Shown here one piece after another: positions 9,009-17,070 of a DNA stretch of 26,883 nucleotides. The stretch lies in the IMG/VR virus record IMGVR_UViG_3300033076_000085, positions 1 to 26,883 of that record; one strand, written 5' to 3'. The position numbers were made by a program, and so were the translations under genes. This DNA comes from a virus. Lineage: Duplodnaviria > Caudoviricetes. Numbering within the stretch: position 1 is the first letter of the stretch; each line of letters starts with the position of its first letter. Under the pieces are notes generated by a model. That model did not search any database and had not been told where the DNA came from. It worked only from the letters and a program-made list of their open reading frames with translations.

Positions 9009-10499
9009 TCAAGATGCAACTATTTCTACTTGAACTGTAAAGCCATTAGCCACAGCACGGTCATGTGCATCTTGTGAAAGGACTTTTACTTCCTCACCTG
9101 AACTTGGATTACGCATAATGTGTGGCACAAAGTCGTTTAAGCCAACTTCTGTTAATTCTTCTGTGGACTCTGGATTGACAACATCATTAAAATCTACATC
9201 AACCATCTCAAGCATTTCGTGTTCCATAGCAGCCTTAGCAACTGGGTTTGTAACTTTGTCGTATACTTTGATTAGTTGGTCTAATTCATTTTGTGTGTCA
9301 CGGATTGCAAATGAGTCAGGATACTCAACACAACCATCCCAACTTGTGCCTTGGTAGGCTGCATATAGTTGCCACAATTGTTCTTCAGCAAGTTCAATGT
9401 TGTCTGCTTGTTCAGCAAGGCGTGCATTGAGTAGTTGGAATTCAACTTCACGACTTACACCTGACATCATTTTTGCTTCTGTTGCACGGATGGAACCAGT
9501 GTTGGCCATCTTGTCAATACTGTCTACAGTAGCACCAATGGCTGTGTAGATTGAACTAATTTCTTGTCCGTTAAACTCAAGCACATATGGCTTTAAGTTT
9601 GGATCCATGTGTTCTGGCATTTCAATAATGCTGCCAGCACCTGAACCAGCATTTGTTTCTTTTGTCTTAACTAGACTTGGGTGTGAGCCTAAACGAACTG
9701 CTTGTTCTGCTTCACTTGTCATGTTAAAGATAAACTTTTGTGCATCAGCAATGTCGCTAATTGTAGACAAGCCAATACCACGCACTGAACTTGTATGTGC
9801 ATACATGATAACTGCTGGAATCTTGCCTAAGCCGTTTAGTTCAGTAAGTTGATCTGCAATAACTTCATCTTTATGGTTAAGCGTAGAAGTAACAACTACT
9901 TCTGGTGTCCACTCTTTGATTACTGTAACAGTGTCGTTGCTGTCTTCAACATACTTTAGGTATACTAGTTCGTAAGAACCATTTAGTCTGCGCTTCCACT
10001 TCCAGTCTGTAACAACAAGTGGTGTCATTAAGTTTAGGTATGGGCGAACGCCTTGTGCAATTTCATCAGCGCGAGTAACTGCGGCAACATCTGGCTTGCT
10101 CATGACAATCCATGTGTGACCAAAGATGTTTGCGTAAATTGCAGCCTGCTTCATGAAACTGTCTAAGTCACGGCCTTCCCAATCGCAATCTTCTAAAAAT
10201 GATTGTAGGGATGGTTCTGTTTCTAAAACACCCATTTCACGCTCTGGGGCTGTTCTAAACAAGAAACTAATGTAGGTAGCAATGATGCTACGGCATTGGT
10301 TATCTAGTGGAGTTACGGCAAGACGCTGACGATATTCTGCTTCTGTTTCTAACTGATATCTGGTTAGATAATTGCCTTGTTTGTATTCATCTCCGCCAAC
10401 ATAACTGTCTAGGAGAAATTGATATCTGTTTCTGTTTCGTGCGTAAAGTGCGTTGGCTGAAGACGCCTCAGCATAATTCTGTGCTAATACTTGATCCAT
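9009..10499 (-). CDS. Portal protein
   Basis: 496 aa after TerL; EYRQRL…NQCRSII…FLF, NGLGKIPAV, SGVSREVEFQLLNARL, VEYPDSF motifs of SPP1-like portals. Confidence 0.9.
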   Translation of the reverse strand: MDQVLAQNYAEASSANALYARNRNRYQFLLDSYVGGDEYKQGNYLTRYQLETEAEYRQRLAVTPLDNQCRSIIATYISFLFRTAPEREMGVLETEPSLQSFLEDCDWEGRDLDSFMKQAAIYANIFGHTWIVMSKPDVAAVTRADEIAQGVRPYLNLMTPLVVTDWKWKRRLNGSYELVYLKYVEDSNDTVTVIKEWTPEVVVTSTLNHKDEVIADQLTELNGLGKIPAVIMYAHTSSVRGIGLSTISDIADAQKFIFNMTSEAEQAVRLGSHPSLVKTKETNAGSGAGSIIEMPEHMDPNLKPYVLEFNGQEISSIYTAIGATVDSIDKMANTGSIRATEAKMMSGVSREVEFQLLNARLAEQADNIELAEEQLWQLYAAYQGTSWDGCVEYPDSFAIRDTQNELDQLIKVYDKVTNPVAKAAMEHEMLEMVDVDFNDVVNPESTEELTEVGLNDFVPHIMRNPSSGEEVKVLSQDAHDRAVANGFTVQVEIVAS

Positions 10500-10523
10500 T
10501 GATTGGGTCCTATTCTATGAAAT

Positions 10524-10530
10524 TATTTAT
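10524..10530 (-). promoter_or_regulatory. ATAAATA putative late promoter of the portal gene
   Basis: Overlaps the terL stop codon, about 25 nt before the portal ATG. Confidence 0.45.
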
Positions 10531-11765
10531 GCAATCGCATGTCCAAATCGTTGTGGTGCGCTTGCTTCTACTGGCTTGTTGATTGGGAATAGATACTGAA
10601 TCATGTATGTCAGTGCGTCACATCCGTGGTCCCAGCCACTGTTCTTGTCAGGAATCATTGTTCCTTCTTTATATGCCCAGTTCTTTAAACAGGCAATAGT
10701 CTTTTTACAACTTGGATCTATTGTAAATCTAGTTGTGCCATCTGGTCGTTGGAAGAACAAACTGTTGCCAGCATTTATTCTGTCTCTTACCAGTGGATGT
10801 TGTCTGTGATAGCGTGTTTGGAAACCAGCCATCTCCAGCAATTTGATATCAGTGTTGCCATTGGCACTTGTCTTACGCTGAACTCCAGCAGGGTCAGGGT
10901 AAATGATAATTGGGTTTGTTGGATATCTGTTGCGTATTTCAGCAATCAACTCAGTAGTGTTTGAGTTTTCTAAGTATATCTCATCAAAGATTTCTAAGCC
11001 AGTTTTAGTTTGGCGTCCTATAACTGCTGACATTGGCGTCGTGTTAAAGTCGTTGCCAATGTAAATGGGTTCATGTCCTGTTAATGGCTTACGAACTTCA
11101 GCAATGTTGTGTGCGCCAAAGTCTCCAAAGATGACACCAGCAAAGTTTTGCCACGATGCACAATACTCTTGTTGGAATACTTTAGGTGCTAAGTCTTCAC
11201 GGGCTTGTGCAATTTCATCAGCGTCAACAAAGCCACCCTCTTCAGTAGTGTAAGAAAAACTTGCCCAGTTGTTCTTTGTTAAGTGATTGTCAAACAAGTC
11301 TCGTGCAGCCTGGTTGCCTGCTTTGGGAGTTCCAATAAACAGTGCATCACCCTTCTTATCTGCAAGTGAGGGACGAATAATCTGTGACCATATCTCGTCT
11401 AAGTCTAAGTCACAAAACTCATCTAAGCAAATGAAGTTAAGTGATTCACCGCGCAAGTTGTCACCTTGCTCTGCACTCTTAAGACATATTTGGGAACCGT
11501 TGACTAACTCTAATTTCAATTCTGACTCATTGGTATCTGCAACCCAGTTTAGTTTCTTGAGTTTCTTTTTTAGTTTAGCCCAGACAAGTGACTTTGCTTG
11601 TTGTCTTGAACCTGTGAGATACCATACAACAGAGTTAGGCTGTGAGGCAAATCGCGCCAACTCGCGCATAGCAAGAAATGTTTTTCCGCCACGACGACCT
11701 GCAACCACAACACGAAAGCGTGTTTTGCAGTTTGCGATTTCTTGTTGCTTTGCACTTAATGGCAT
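10527..11765 (-). CDS. terL: Terminase large subunit
   Basis: Walker A VVVAGRRGGKT, Walker B FICLDE, coupling motif IGTP, nuclease motifs IGNDFN, YPDPAG, DHGCDALTY. Confidence 0.96.
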   Translation of the reverse strand: MPLSAKQQEIANCKTRFRVVVAGRRGGKTFLAMRELARFASQPNSVVWYLTGSRQQAKSLVWAKLKKKLKKLNWVADTNESELKLELVNGSQICLKSAEQGDNLRGESLNFICLDEFCDLDLDEIWSQIIRPSLADKKGDALFIGTPKAGNQAARDLFDNHLTKNNWASFSYTTEEGGFVDADEIAQAREDLAPKVFQQEYCASWQNFAGVIFGDFGAHNIAEVRKPLTGHEPIYIGNDFNTTPMSAVIGRQTKTGLEIFDEIYLENSNTTELIAEIRNRYPTNPIIIYPDPAGVQRKTSANGNTDIKLLEMAGFQTRYHRQHPLVRDRINAGNSLFFQRPDGTTRFTIDPSCKKTIACLKNWAYKEGTMIPDKNSGWDHGCDALTYMIQYLFPINKPVEASAPQRFGHAIA

Positions 11766-11950
11766 TAGCGAGCAAGCACATCATTAAGATGGTCTGCAAG
11801 TTTAGCCAGTTCTTCTGGTAGCAGATAAAACTCACTGTCAGTGTATTCAATGCCTAAGTCAGTGCGTCTAAATTGGACTCTAACCATTTCTGGTTCAATC
11901 CAAGTTGCTGTTACATCAAGTTTATAATTGCCATTGTGTTGGACTATCAT
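11765..11950 (-). CDS. Hypothetical protein (61 aa)
   Basis: Overlap-coupled to both neighbours (ATGA and TAATG overlaps). Confidence 0.75.
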   Translation of the reverse strand: MIVQHNGNYKLDVTATWIEPEMVRVQFRRTDLGIEYTDSEFYLLPEELAKLADHLNDVLAR

Positions 11951-12405
11951 GCTTCTTCACTTTCGTCTGTATCTGTTTCAATTTCTTCAACAACATCGTC
12001 ATCCATTTCGTCAGTCCAAGGTAATGGACGGGCATCATCACTTGTGGTGCCGTTGTCGTTTTGTTGTAGTATGTTCTTACCAAGCCAAATAAGCATAGTT
12101 GGATTGCCTTCTAATGCTACTTTAAGTTGGGCTTGGCGTAGTGTGGTTTTTAAGGCGTGTCTGCCTTTTGTTAGATAATCGCTAAAGTTATAGCGTAGTG
12201 TGCTTTCAGTGATTCCAAAGTAGTTGGCTATTTCACGATCAGTGCATCCAAGGGATGCGAAATGCTCTACTTCTTCAGGTGGGACAATTGTTTTATTGCG
12301 TCCAACAACAATGCCACGGATGGTCTTCTCGCCCCATTTAGGTTCGCCAGAAGGGCCAGGTTTTAGTCGTGGCGTGGCACCACTGTCATTGCTATTCATT
12401 TCCAT
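11947..12405 (-). CDS. terS: Terminase small subunit (HTH type)
   Basis: GCTDREIANYFGITESTL HTH, LRQAQLKVALEGNPTMLIWLGKNILQQ motif, acidic tail; upstream of terL. Confidence 0.82.
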   Translation of the reverse strand: MEMNSNDSGATPRLKPGPSGEPKWGEKTIRGIVVGRNKTIVPPEEVEHFASLGCTDREIANYFGITESTLRYNFSDYLTKGRHALKTTLRQAQLKVALEGNPTMLIWLGKNILQQNDNGTTSDDARPLPWTDEMDDDVVEEIETDTDESEEA

Positions 12406-12410
12406 GTAGT

Positions 12411-12417
12411 TATTTAG
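12411..12417 (-). promoter_or_regulatory. CTAAATA putative late promoter, 5 nt before the terS ATG (possible leaderless mRNA)
   Basis: CTAAATA-ACTAC-ATG, no SD sequence. Confidence 0.65.
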
Positions 12418-12443
12418 CGGGTGGCTAACAAAAATGAACAGTC

Positions 12444-12482
12444 AAAAGAAAAGCCCCAGTGCTTCACAGCATGAGGGCTTCT
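12444..12482 (-). terminator. Rho-independent terminator
   Basis: AGAAGCCCTCATGCT-GTGA-AGCACTGGGGCTTTTCTTTT. Confidence 0.8.
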
Positions 12483-12568
12483 ACGGAAGGAGTAACCAGA
12501 AAATCGTTTCCTGGATACCTACTGTATGCTAAACTAGATTATCATAGACAACATCTTTGCTGTCTACA
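12444..12568 (-). ncRNA. Putative ~125-nt small RNA (three hairpins, anti-SD segment, intrinsic terminator)
   Basis: Lies between a perfect sigma70 promoter and a terminator, no ORF longer than a few codons; G-U pairs favour the minus strand. Confidence 0.7.
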
Positions 12569-12573
12569 GTTTA

Positions 12574-12602
12574 ATTATAGTGTTGTTGTGTAGTGTTGTC
12601 AA
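12574..12602 (-). promoter_or_regulatory. Consensus sigma70 promoter
   Basis: TTGACA (12597-12602) - 17 nt - TATAAT (12574-12579). Confidence 0.9.
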
Positions 12603-12639
12603 TAAGAAGAAACCCCATACCTTGCGATATAGGGCTTCT
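12603..12639 (-). terminator. Rho-independent terminator
   Basis: AGAAGCCCTATATC-GCAA-GGTATGGGGTTTCT-TCTT with GNRA loop. Confidence 0.8.
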
Positions 12640-12680
12640 ATGAACTAATAGGAAAAATACAGGGTCGTCCACTACCTTGC
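12603..12680 (-). ncRNA. Putative ~78-nt small RNA (or 3' UTR) downstream of a TAAATA motif
   Basis: TAAATA at 12686-12691, imperfect 5' hairpin, U/C-rich TTTTTCCTATT segment, then terminator. Confidence 0.45.
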
Positions 12681-12695
12681 ACTTTTATTTACTGC

Positions 12696-12935
12696 TTACT
12701 TTGTGTAGCCAATAACTTGGTGCTGTTTGTTGTAAATGTATGTTCTGTGGTTTGCACCATTGCCAGAAAAGCACCAATCTGGATGTTTGTAATCTGCTGG
12801 GCGGCCTAACTCTGCTTTGCGTTCTGGACTGGCGTATTGCCCTTGGCATGGGTCATTACGATCAGCCATCTTGCCATACTGAGCGCACCCAGGAAGTAGT
12901 AATACTAAAGTGGTAAGCAGAAGGGACAGTTTCAT
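12696..12935 (-). CDS. Lipoprotein (79 aa)
   Basis: Start revised to ATG 12935 (AAGGA RBS, ATGA overlap). MKLSLLLTTLVLLLPG/C signal peptide with lipobox. Confidence 0.8.
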   Translation of the reverse strand: MKLSLLLTTLVLLLPGCAQYGKMADRNDPCQGQYASPERKAELGRPADYKHPDWCFSGNGANHRTYIYNKQHQVIGYTK

Positions 12936-13066
12936 TTCATTTCCTTTTGAAGTTGTGCCAACTCTCGCTTCCACAGTTTAACTAACTGTGCTTCTGGCGT
13001 TTGTGGCTTAGGTGGGCTCTTGATTAGGAAGTTAAGCAACAAGATACGCTTTTCTTGTGGTAACAT
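12932..13066 (-). CDS. 44-aa hypothetical protein (below ORF-track cutoff)
   Basis: MLPQEKRILLLNFLIKSPPKPQTPEAQLVKLWKRELAQLQKEMK*; TAATG overlap upstream and ATGA overlap downstream. Confidence 0.75.
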   Translation of the reverse strand: MLPQEKRILLLNFLIKSPPKPQTPEAQLVKLWKRELAQLQKEMK

Positions 13067-13311
13067 TATTCATCCTCATCTAAAATCTCACGAGCAATAG
13101 CACAATGATCAAATACTTCATTGATTAGTTCACGCTCTGTCCAACCACGACCATATAACTGAACAATACAATTAGTCATAATGCTAAAAATAATTGCTGT
13201 TTGTCTTGGGTCATTTTTATCAAGTTCTGGATGATTTTTAAGTATCTCAAAGAAGATATTATCACCTTCCTCAGTTGCAATTTTGATTAAATTATCTTCT
13301 TTATCAATCAT
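13066..13311 (-). CDS. Hypothetical acidic protein (81 aa)
   Basis: Start revised to ATG 13311 (MIDKEDNL…) because the longer start runs through a terminator hairpin. Confidence 0.75.
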   Translation of the reverse strand: MIDKEDNLIKIATEEGDNIFFEILKNHPELDKNDPRQTAIIFSIMTNCIVQLYGRGWTERELINEVFDHCAIAREILDEDE

Positions 13312-13359
13312 CTTACACTCTCTCAAATATGTTGAACATGTATGTAGTATACAATAGAT

Positions 13360-13396
13360 AAAAGAAGATGTCTGTTGCATTTCTACAACAGACATC
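13360..13396 (-). terminator. Rho-independent terminator / palindrome
   Basis: GATGTCTGTTGTA-GAAA-TGCAACAGACATC-TTCTTTT. Confidence 0.75.
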
Positions 13397-13404
13397 CATT
13401 TTAG

Positions 13405-13422
13405 TGTTGTAAATTTACAACA
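13405..13422. promoter_or_regulatory. Perfect 18-bp palindrome, operator-like
   Basis: TGTTGTAAATTTACAACA; a related 18-mer (minus strand TGTTGTAGAAATGCAACA) lies at 13373-13390. Confidence 0.6.
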
Positions 13423-13430
13423 ATAATACT

Positions 13431-13769
13431 TTAGTGTGAGTCAGTAAGTTGCTGTAGTGCGGCAGCAAATGCAGCCTGCTTGGCTTCTAGACTTGCGTCA
13501 CTGTTTTCAATTTCAATGTGAGTCTTAGAACTTAGAACTCTGTTGAGAATTAATGTGTGATACTTGATTACCAACTGTGAGTCATCGTTGTATCGTGCTC
13601 GTAAAAAGTCTTCAATTAAGATGTCTTCGTAATTGCAGTTTGTTCTTGCTTCTAAAGCACTTAGTAGTCCTGAGACTGTTACTTTATCAATAGAGCCCTT
13701 TGGACGGCCTGCTCCTGGACGGTAGCCTCCGCGACCGCTTTTCTTTGGTAATGTTTGTAATGTTTGCAT
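13431..13769 (-). CDS. Second terminase-small-subunit-like protein
   Basis: RGGYRPGAGRPKGSIDKVT motif typical of TerS-like N-termini, helical body, C-terminal KTHIEI strand. Start revised to ATG 13769. Confidence 0.6.
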   Translation of the reverse strand: MQTLQTLPKKSGRGGYRPGAGRPKGSIDKVTVSGLLSALEARTNCNYEDILIEDFLRARYNDDSQLVIKYHTLILNRVLSSKTHIEIENSDASLEAKQAAFAAALQQLTDSH

Positions 13770-13774
13770 TTGGT

Positions 13775-13780
13775 TATTTA
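13775..13780 (-). promoter_or_regulatory. TAAATA putative late promoter, 5 nt before ATG 13769
   Basis: GTAAATA-ACCAA-ATG, same spacing as at terS. Confidence 0.6.
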
Positions 13781-13870
13781 CTCCGTTTTGGTTAGTTGAT
13801 ATCTTCTGGACCAAAAAATATTGATATCTTTTGATTCTTTCAAAATCTTAGAACTTGATTCCTTATCAAG

Positions 13871-14113
13871 TTAGTATTGCAATCTGCGTTGGAACTCTAA
13901 TTCCTTATCATTATATTTGATTAACAACTCGCTGTCACCTGATGGCAGTCCATCTTGTCTAGCAATTTGTCGCAGTTGTATTGTGCAAAGGCCTGCATCT
14001 GCATCTTCATAAAATTGTTGAACACCTGGATCAACAAACTTTACTCCAGCACTTTTGATTCTGTGCATGTAAGTTCTCATTGCGTCTTTAGTTGTAATTG
14101 GATATGTGAACAT
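13871..14113 (-). CDS. Hypothetical protein (80 aa)
   Basis: Start revised to ATG 14113 (MFTYPITT…), purine-rich RBS, outside the origin repeats. Confidence 0.7.
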   Translation of the reverse strand: MFTYPITTKDAMRTYMHRIKSAGVKFVDPGVQQFYEDADAGLCTIQLRQIARQDGLPSGDSELLIKYNDKELEFQRRLQY

Positions 14114-14134
14114 GTTTTTACTCTTCTTTTGGAC

Positions 14135-14380
14135 CCAGCGTAGACACCGTAGCACCGTAGACGGGGTGGACACGATAACACAAGAAAACACACAAATATA
14201 GTAGAGAATATACTATTAATTTCGTTTGTGTATAAACCCCGTCTACGGTGCTACGCTGACCCCTGATTTTGGCGTTTTCTTGCCTGTTTATGCCGCAAAT
14301 GCTGGTTTTTAGCCCAGACCAGCGTAGACACGAGTTGCTACGCTGACCCCATGATTTTGCTACGCTGTCTACGCTGACTC
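14135..14380. repeat. Putative replication origin: inverted and direct CTACG-core iterons around an AT-rich spacer
   Basis: Perfect 20-bp inverted repeat 14148-14167 / 14236-14255 flanking 68 AT-rich bp; CCAGCGTAGACAC at 14135 and 14319; TGCTACGCTGACCCC(A)TGATTTTG at 14249 and 14336; directly behind the helicase gene. Confidence 0.8.
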
Positions 14381-15781
14381 TCATACTAAAACAATCTTTT
14401 GGACAGTTTTCTTGTTGGCTGACACTGATTCTACAATGCCTATCTTTTCATCAGACAGTAAATCTTGTAAGATCCTATCTCGCTGATCCGTATTAAGTTT
14501 GCGGAACCATCTTGGGCCATTTTGTGTTAACTCACGACGGGTGCCACTCCAGCCACGCTCAGTGATCCATTCAAGTAATTTGTTTGAACCCATAGAACGA
14601 TCTGGATCATTGTCAGCAATACCTACTTCTAAGTTAATACGCTGTTCAATGTAGTATTCCATGATATCAATTGCACACAAAGCAGTTTCGTAGTCAATTT
14701 CGCTTTTACCTTCAAACGCCGCAATAGTAGCCGCAATGCGTAAGGCGTGTTCATGCAATCGTTCAGCAAAACCCGCATAGTTGCGTAAATCCCCTGTAGC
14801 ACGATTCTTATTAGAATTTTGCCACTGCCCCAGTGTAACCCATGCTTCGTTACTTTGCTTCATTGTTTTTAAGTCTAGTTCAAAGTGCTTGTTTGGCTTT
14901 TGCACAACCGTAGTAAACATCATCCTACTAACTTTATCGTTAAACTTGCTGATTAAGTCTCTTGCTTCGCTTTCCTGGATCTTTGCTTCATCTGTAAATT
15001 CCCAGTCTGGCTTCTCATAGTAATCGCACTGTGTAATAAGCATACGATGCACAAAGCCTTGTTCACTAAAGATGGGAGTGTTTAGCAATGATTGGATAGT
15101 TTCTGCTTGTAGAAGAAAAAGCATGTTAACACGGCGATTCTTAAGATAAGTTCTTTCCATGCCTGTTACTTTTTCAATGTCATGCCCGTCCCACATTGAA
15201 GTTAAACTCGCGCTAATTTCAATAGCCTTACTAATGTCCTTGCCACCTTGGAAAGCATGACTGTTAAAGAACTCGCCGCCTTCACTGGAAAACAATCCTA
15301 GAAAGCATTGGCTCTTAAGTTGATCTACAACACCGTTTACAGTTGCCTTGCTAATAACATACTTTGATGTTTCAACAGGCTTTACTGGCTTAGGCATGAC
15401 TGCTGTTGTTGGATCAGTTTCCATTGCCTTTAGATATGCGGCTTCTTCTTTTAAAAAGACTTTTTTAGCAAGTGCGTGTCTTGTTGCTTCTGCGCTTAGT
15501 TCATCGCTTTTGTAATCAATGTAATTGTTAATCCCAACTTGAACTTCTCTGTAGTTTGTAGTTTTCATTGCACCTGTTGGGGCCATGCAAACAAAGTATT
15601 CGTTGATTGGACGAATGCCATACTTTCTTGAATCTACATTGTAAGTTTTCATTGCTGCCAAGTTTGCTACTCCTAACACAACTTGCAGAGCCATCGCGTC
15701 AGGCGTGGCATGTAATGCTTTTAAACCAGCGATAGCATCGCGCATCTCAACTGGTAGTTTTTCAAATCTGTGGTCCATCAT
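14381..15781 (-). CDS. DUF3987 / YfjI-like P-loop ATPase, probable replicative helicase, with C-terminal winged-helix-like region
   Basis: Walker A APTGAMKT, ATVNG, Walker B-like FSSEGGEFF, WDG, GFVHRML, RLHEHALRIAA motifs. Confidence 0.8.
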   Translation of the reverse strand: MMDHRFEKLPVEMRDAIAGLKALHATPDAMALQVVLGVANLAAMKTYNVDSRKYGIRPINEYFVCMAPTGAMKTTNYREVQVGINNYIDYKSDELSAEATRHALAKKVFLKEEAAYLKAMETDPTTAVMPKPVKPVETSKYVISKATVNGVVDQLKSQCFLGLFSSEGGEFFNSHAFQGGKDISKAIEISASLTSMWDGHDIEKVTGMERTYLKNRRVNMLFLLQAETIQSLLNTPIFSEQGFVHRMLITQCDYYEKPDWEFTDEAKIQESEARDLISKFNDKVSRMMFTTVVQKPNKHFELDLKTMKQSNEAWVTLGQWQNSNKNRATGDLRNYAGFAERLHEHALRIAATIAAFEGKSEIDYETALCAIDIMEYYIEQRINLEVGIADNDPDRSMGSNKLLEWITERGWSGTRRELTQNGPRWFRKLNTDQRDRILQDLLSDEKIGIVESVSANKKTVQKIVLV

Positions 15782-15788
15782 ATCTTCC

Positions 15789-16865
15789 TTAAAAATTATA
15801 TCTTCGCGTTGAGTTTATAAAACGCTGAGCAACTTGTCTCCCTGTAACTGGTTCTTTGTCAAACGAAAAATCAACCCCATAAAACTCTTTGAGCCAACCG
15901 CTAACACTCATGCTTTTCTTAACATGATGATGCACTACAGTTGGACTATCGTAACGCACATGCCAATCACCAGGCGTCTTTTCTTGCGGATGCTTTAACT
16001 TGATCCAAGAACCTGTGCGTCTATATACTGCACCTACTTCTTGTAGTTTTTGTAAGATGTTGTTTGTTGTTTCAAAGTTAATGCTATCTAAAACAATATG
16101 CTGTTCTTTAATAACAATGTCAGGGACTGGAACTTCAAACTGTTCTTTTAAAACAATGCCAAACTTGCGTTCGTCTTCAATGGCATCTACAATGCGTGGA
16201 TCTTTAACAATATGATTGCCTACAAAGATAGGAGTAATAGTTCTAAACACACTGGTATCAAATACTTGTGTTGGCTGTCCAATGTTTTCTAACCACGCTG
16301 TTAGTTCGCGATCAATTAAAGCACGATCCAGCATAAAGAATAAGTGTAGATTAGTTCCACGCTTAATTGGATTGCCTTTGTATTCTAAACCAGCACTAGA
16401 ACTCCATTGGTAGATATAACTTGCATTACGAAACTCTCGCGGCAAGTCTCGTTGTATAATGTATTCAATTGCATCATGGCTGTGTCTGGGTGGAGCCCAG
16501 TCTGCAGAAACTTCATCGCGTAATATAGGTGCAATATCATCTCCTTTGAGAGTCCATTCATCAAAGTCTAAACAGACCCATGCAGTTGACTCTTCAACAA
16601 AGTTTTGCGGATCTTCTTTTGTGCGTCTAACGCCAACTTGAACATCTTCTACACCTTTGCCACGGATAATAAAAGCATTTGGATTGCTTCTTACACTTTC
16701 AAGGACATCATACAAGTCAGCAAGGTTCTCAATTTCAACAGTTATGCTATTGTGCTCATAACTTGTAGAAACATGTCCTTTTGTTGCTTTGTCTGTATCT
16801 GGATTGATAGTGTAATGCTTAGTGCTTGCTTTGTCGCCTTCCAAAATAGTAATGTGAGTCTTCAT
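15789..16865 (-). CDS. Primase / primase-polymerase (AEP-like), putative
   Basis: WVCLDFD (DxD), SSSAG…NLHLFF (His motif), FDTSVF (third Asp); adjacent to helicase and origin. Confidence 0.65.
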   Translation of the reverse strand: MKTHITILEGDKASTKHYTINPDTDKATKGHVSTSYEHNSITVEIENLADLYDVLESVRSNPNAFIIRGKGVEDVQVGVRRTKEDPQNFVEESTAWVCLDFDEWTLKGDDIAPILRDEVSADWAPPRHSHDAIEYIIQRDLPREFRNASYIYQWSSSAGLEYKGNPIKRGTNLHLFFMLDRALIDRELTAWLENIGQPTQVFDTSVFRTITPIFVGNHIVKDPRIVDAIEDERKFGIVLKEQFEVPVPDIVIKEQHIVLDSINFETTNNILQKLQEVGAVYRRTGSWIKLKHPQEKTPGDWHVRYDSPTVVHHHVKKSMSVSGWLKEFYGVDFSFDKEPVTGRQVAQRFINSTRRYNF

Positions 16866-17062
16866 AATTTGCTCTGCTCCTTCTTCTTAAGGTCATCGCG
16901 CAGTCCTTCTAAAAACTCTCTTACATTAGGCGAGATTATATTGCCACTACCGTCTGCTAGTGCAAACAAGTTGTCAAAGTCTAATGAGGTGATTTCCCCA
17001 TTTATTAGTTTGATGATAAAATCATCTAAGATGATTCTAATTGTATTTTGTGTTAGTTTCAT
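16862..17062 (-). CDS. Hypothetical protein (66 aa)
   Basis: AAGG RBS, ATGA overlap with the primase gene. Confidence 0.7.
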   Translation of the reverse strand: MKLTQNTIRIILDDFIIKLINGEITSLDFDNLFALADGSGNIISPNVREFLEGLRDDLKKKEQSKL

Positions 17063-17070
17063 GTTGTGCC

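Noticed and set aside
14135-14380. CRISPR-like mini-array
   Set aside because: Repeats are short, irregularly spaced and in both orientations, with no unique equal-length spacers. An iteron origin fits better.
14118-14384. 88-aa ORF on the minus strand
   Set aside because: It spans the origin repeats and reads as a repeat-derived translation. The ATGA overlap with the helicase stop means it cannot be fully excluded.
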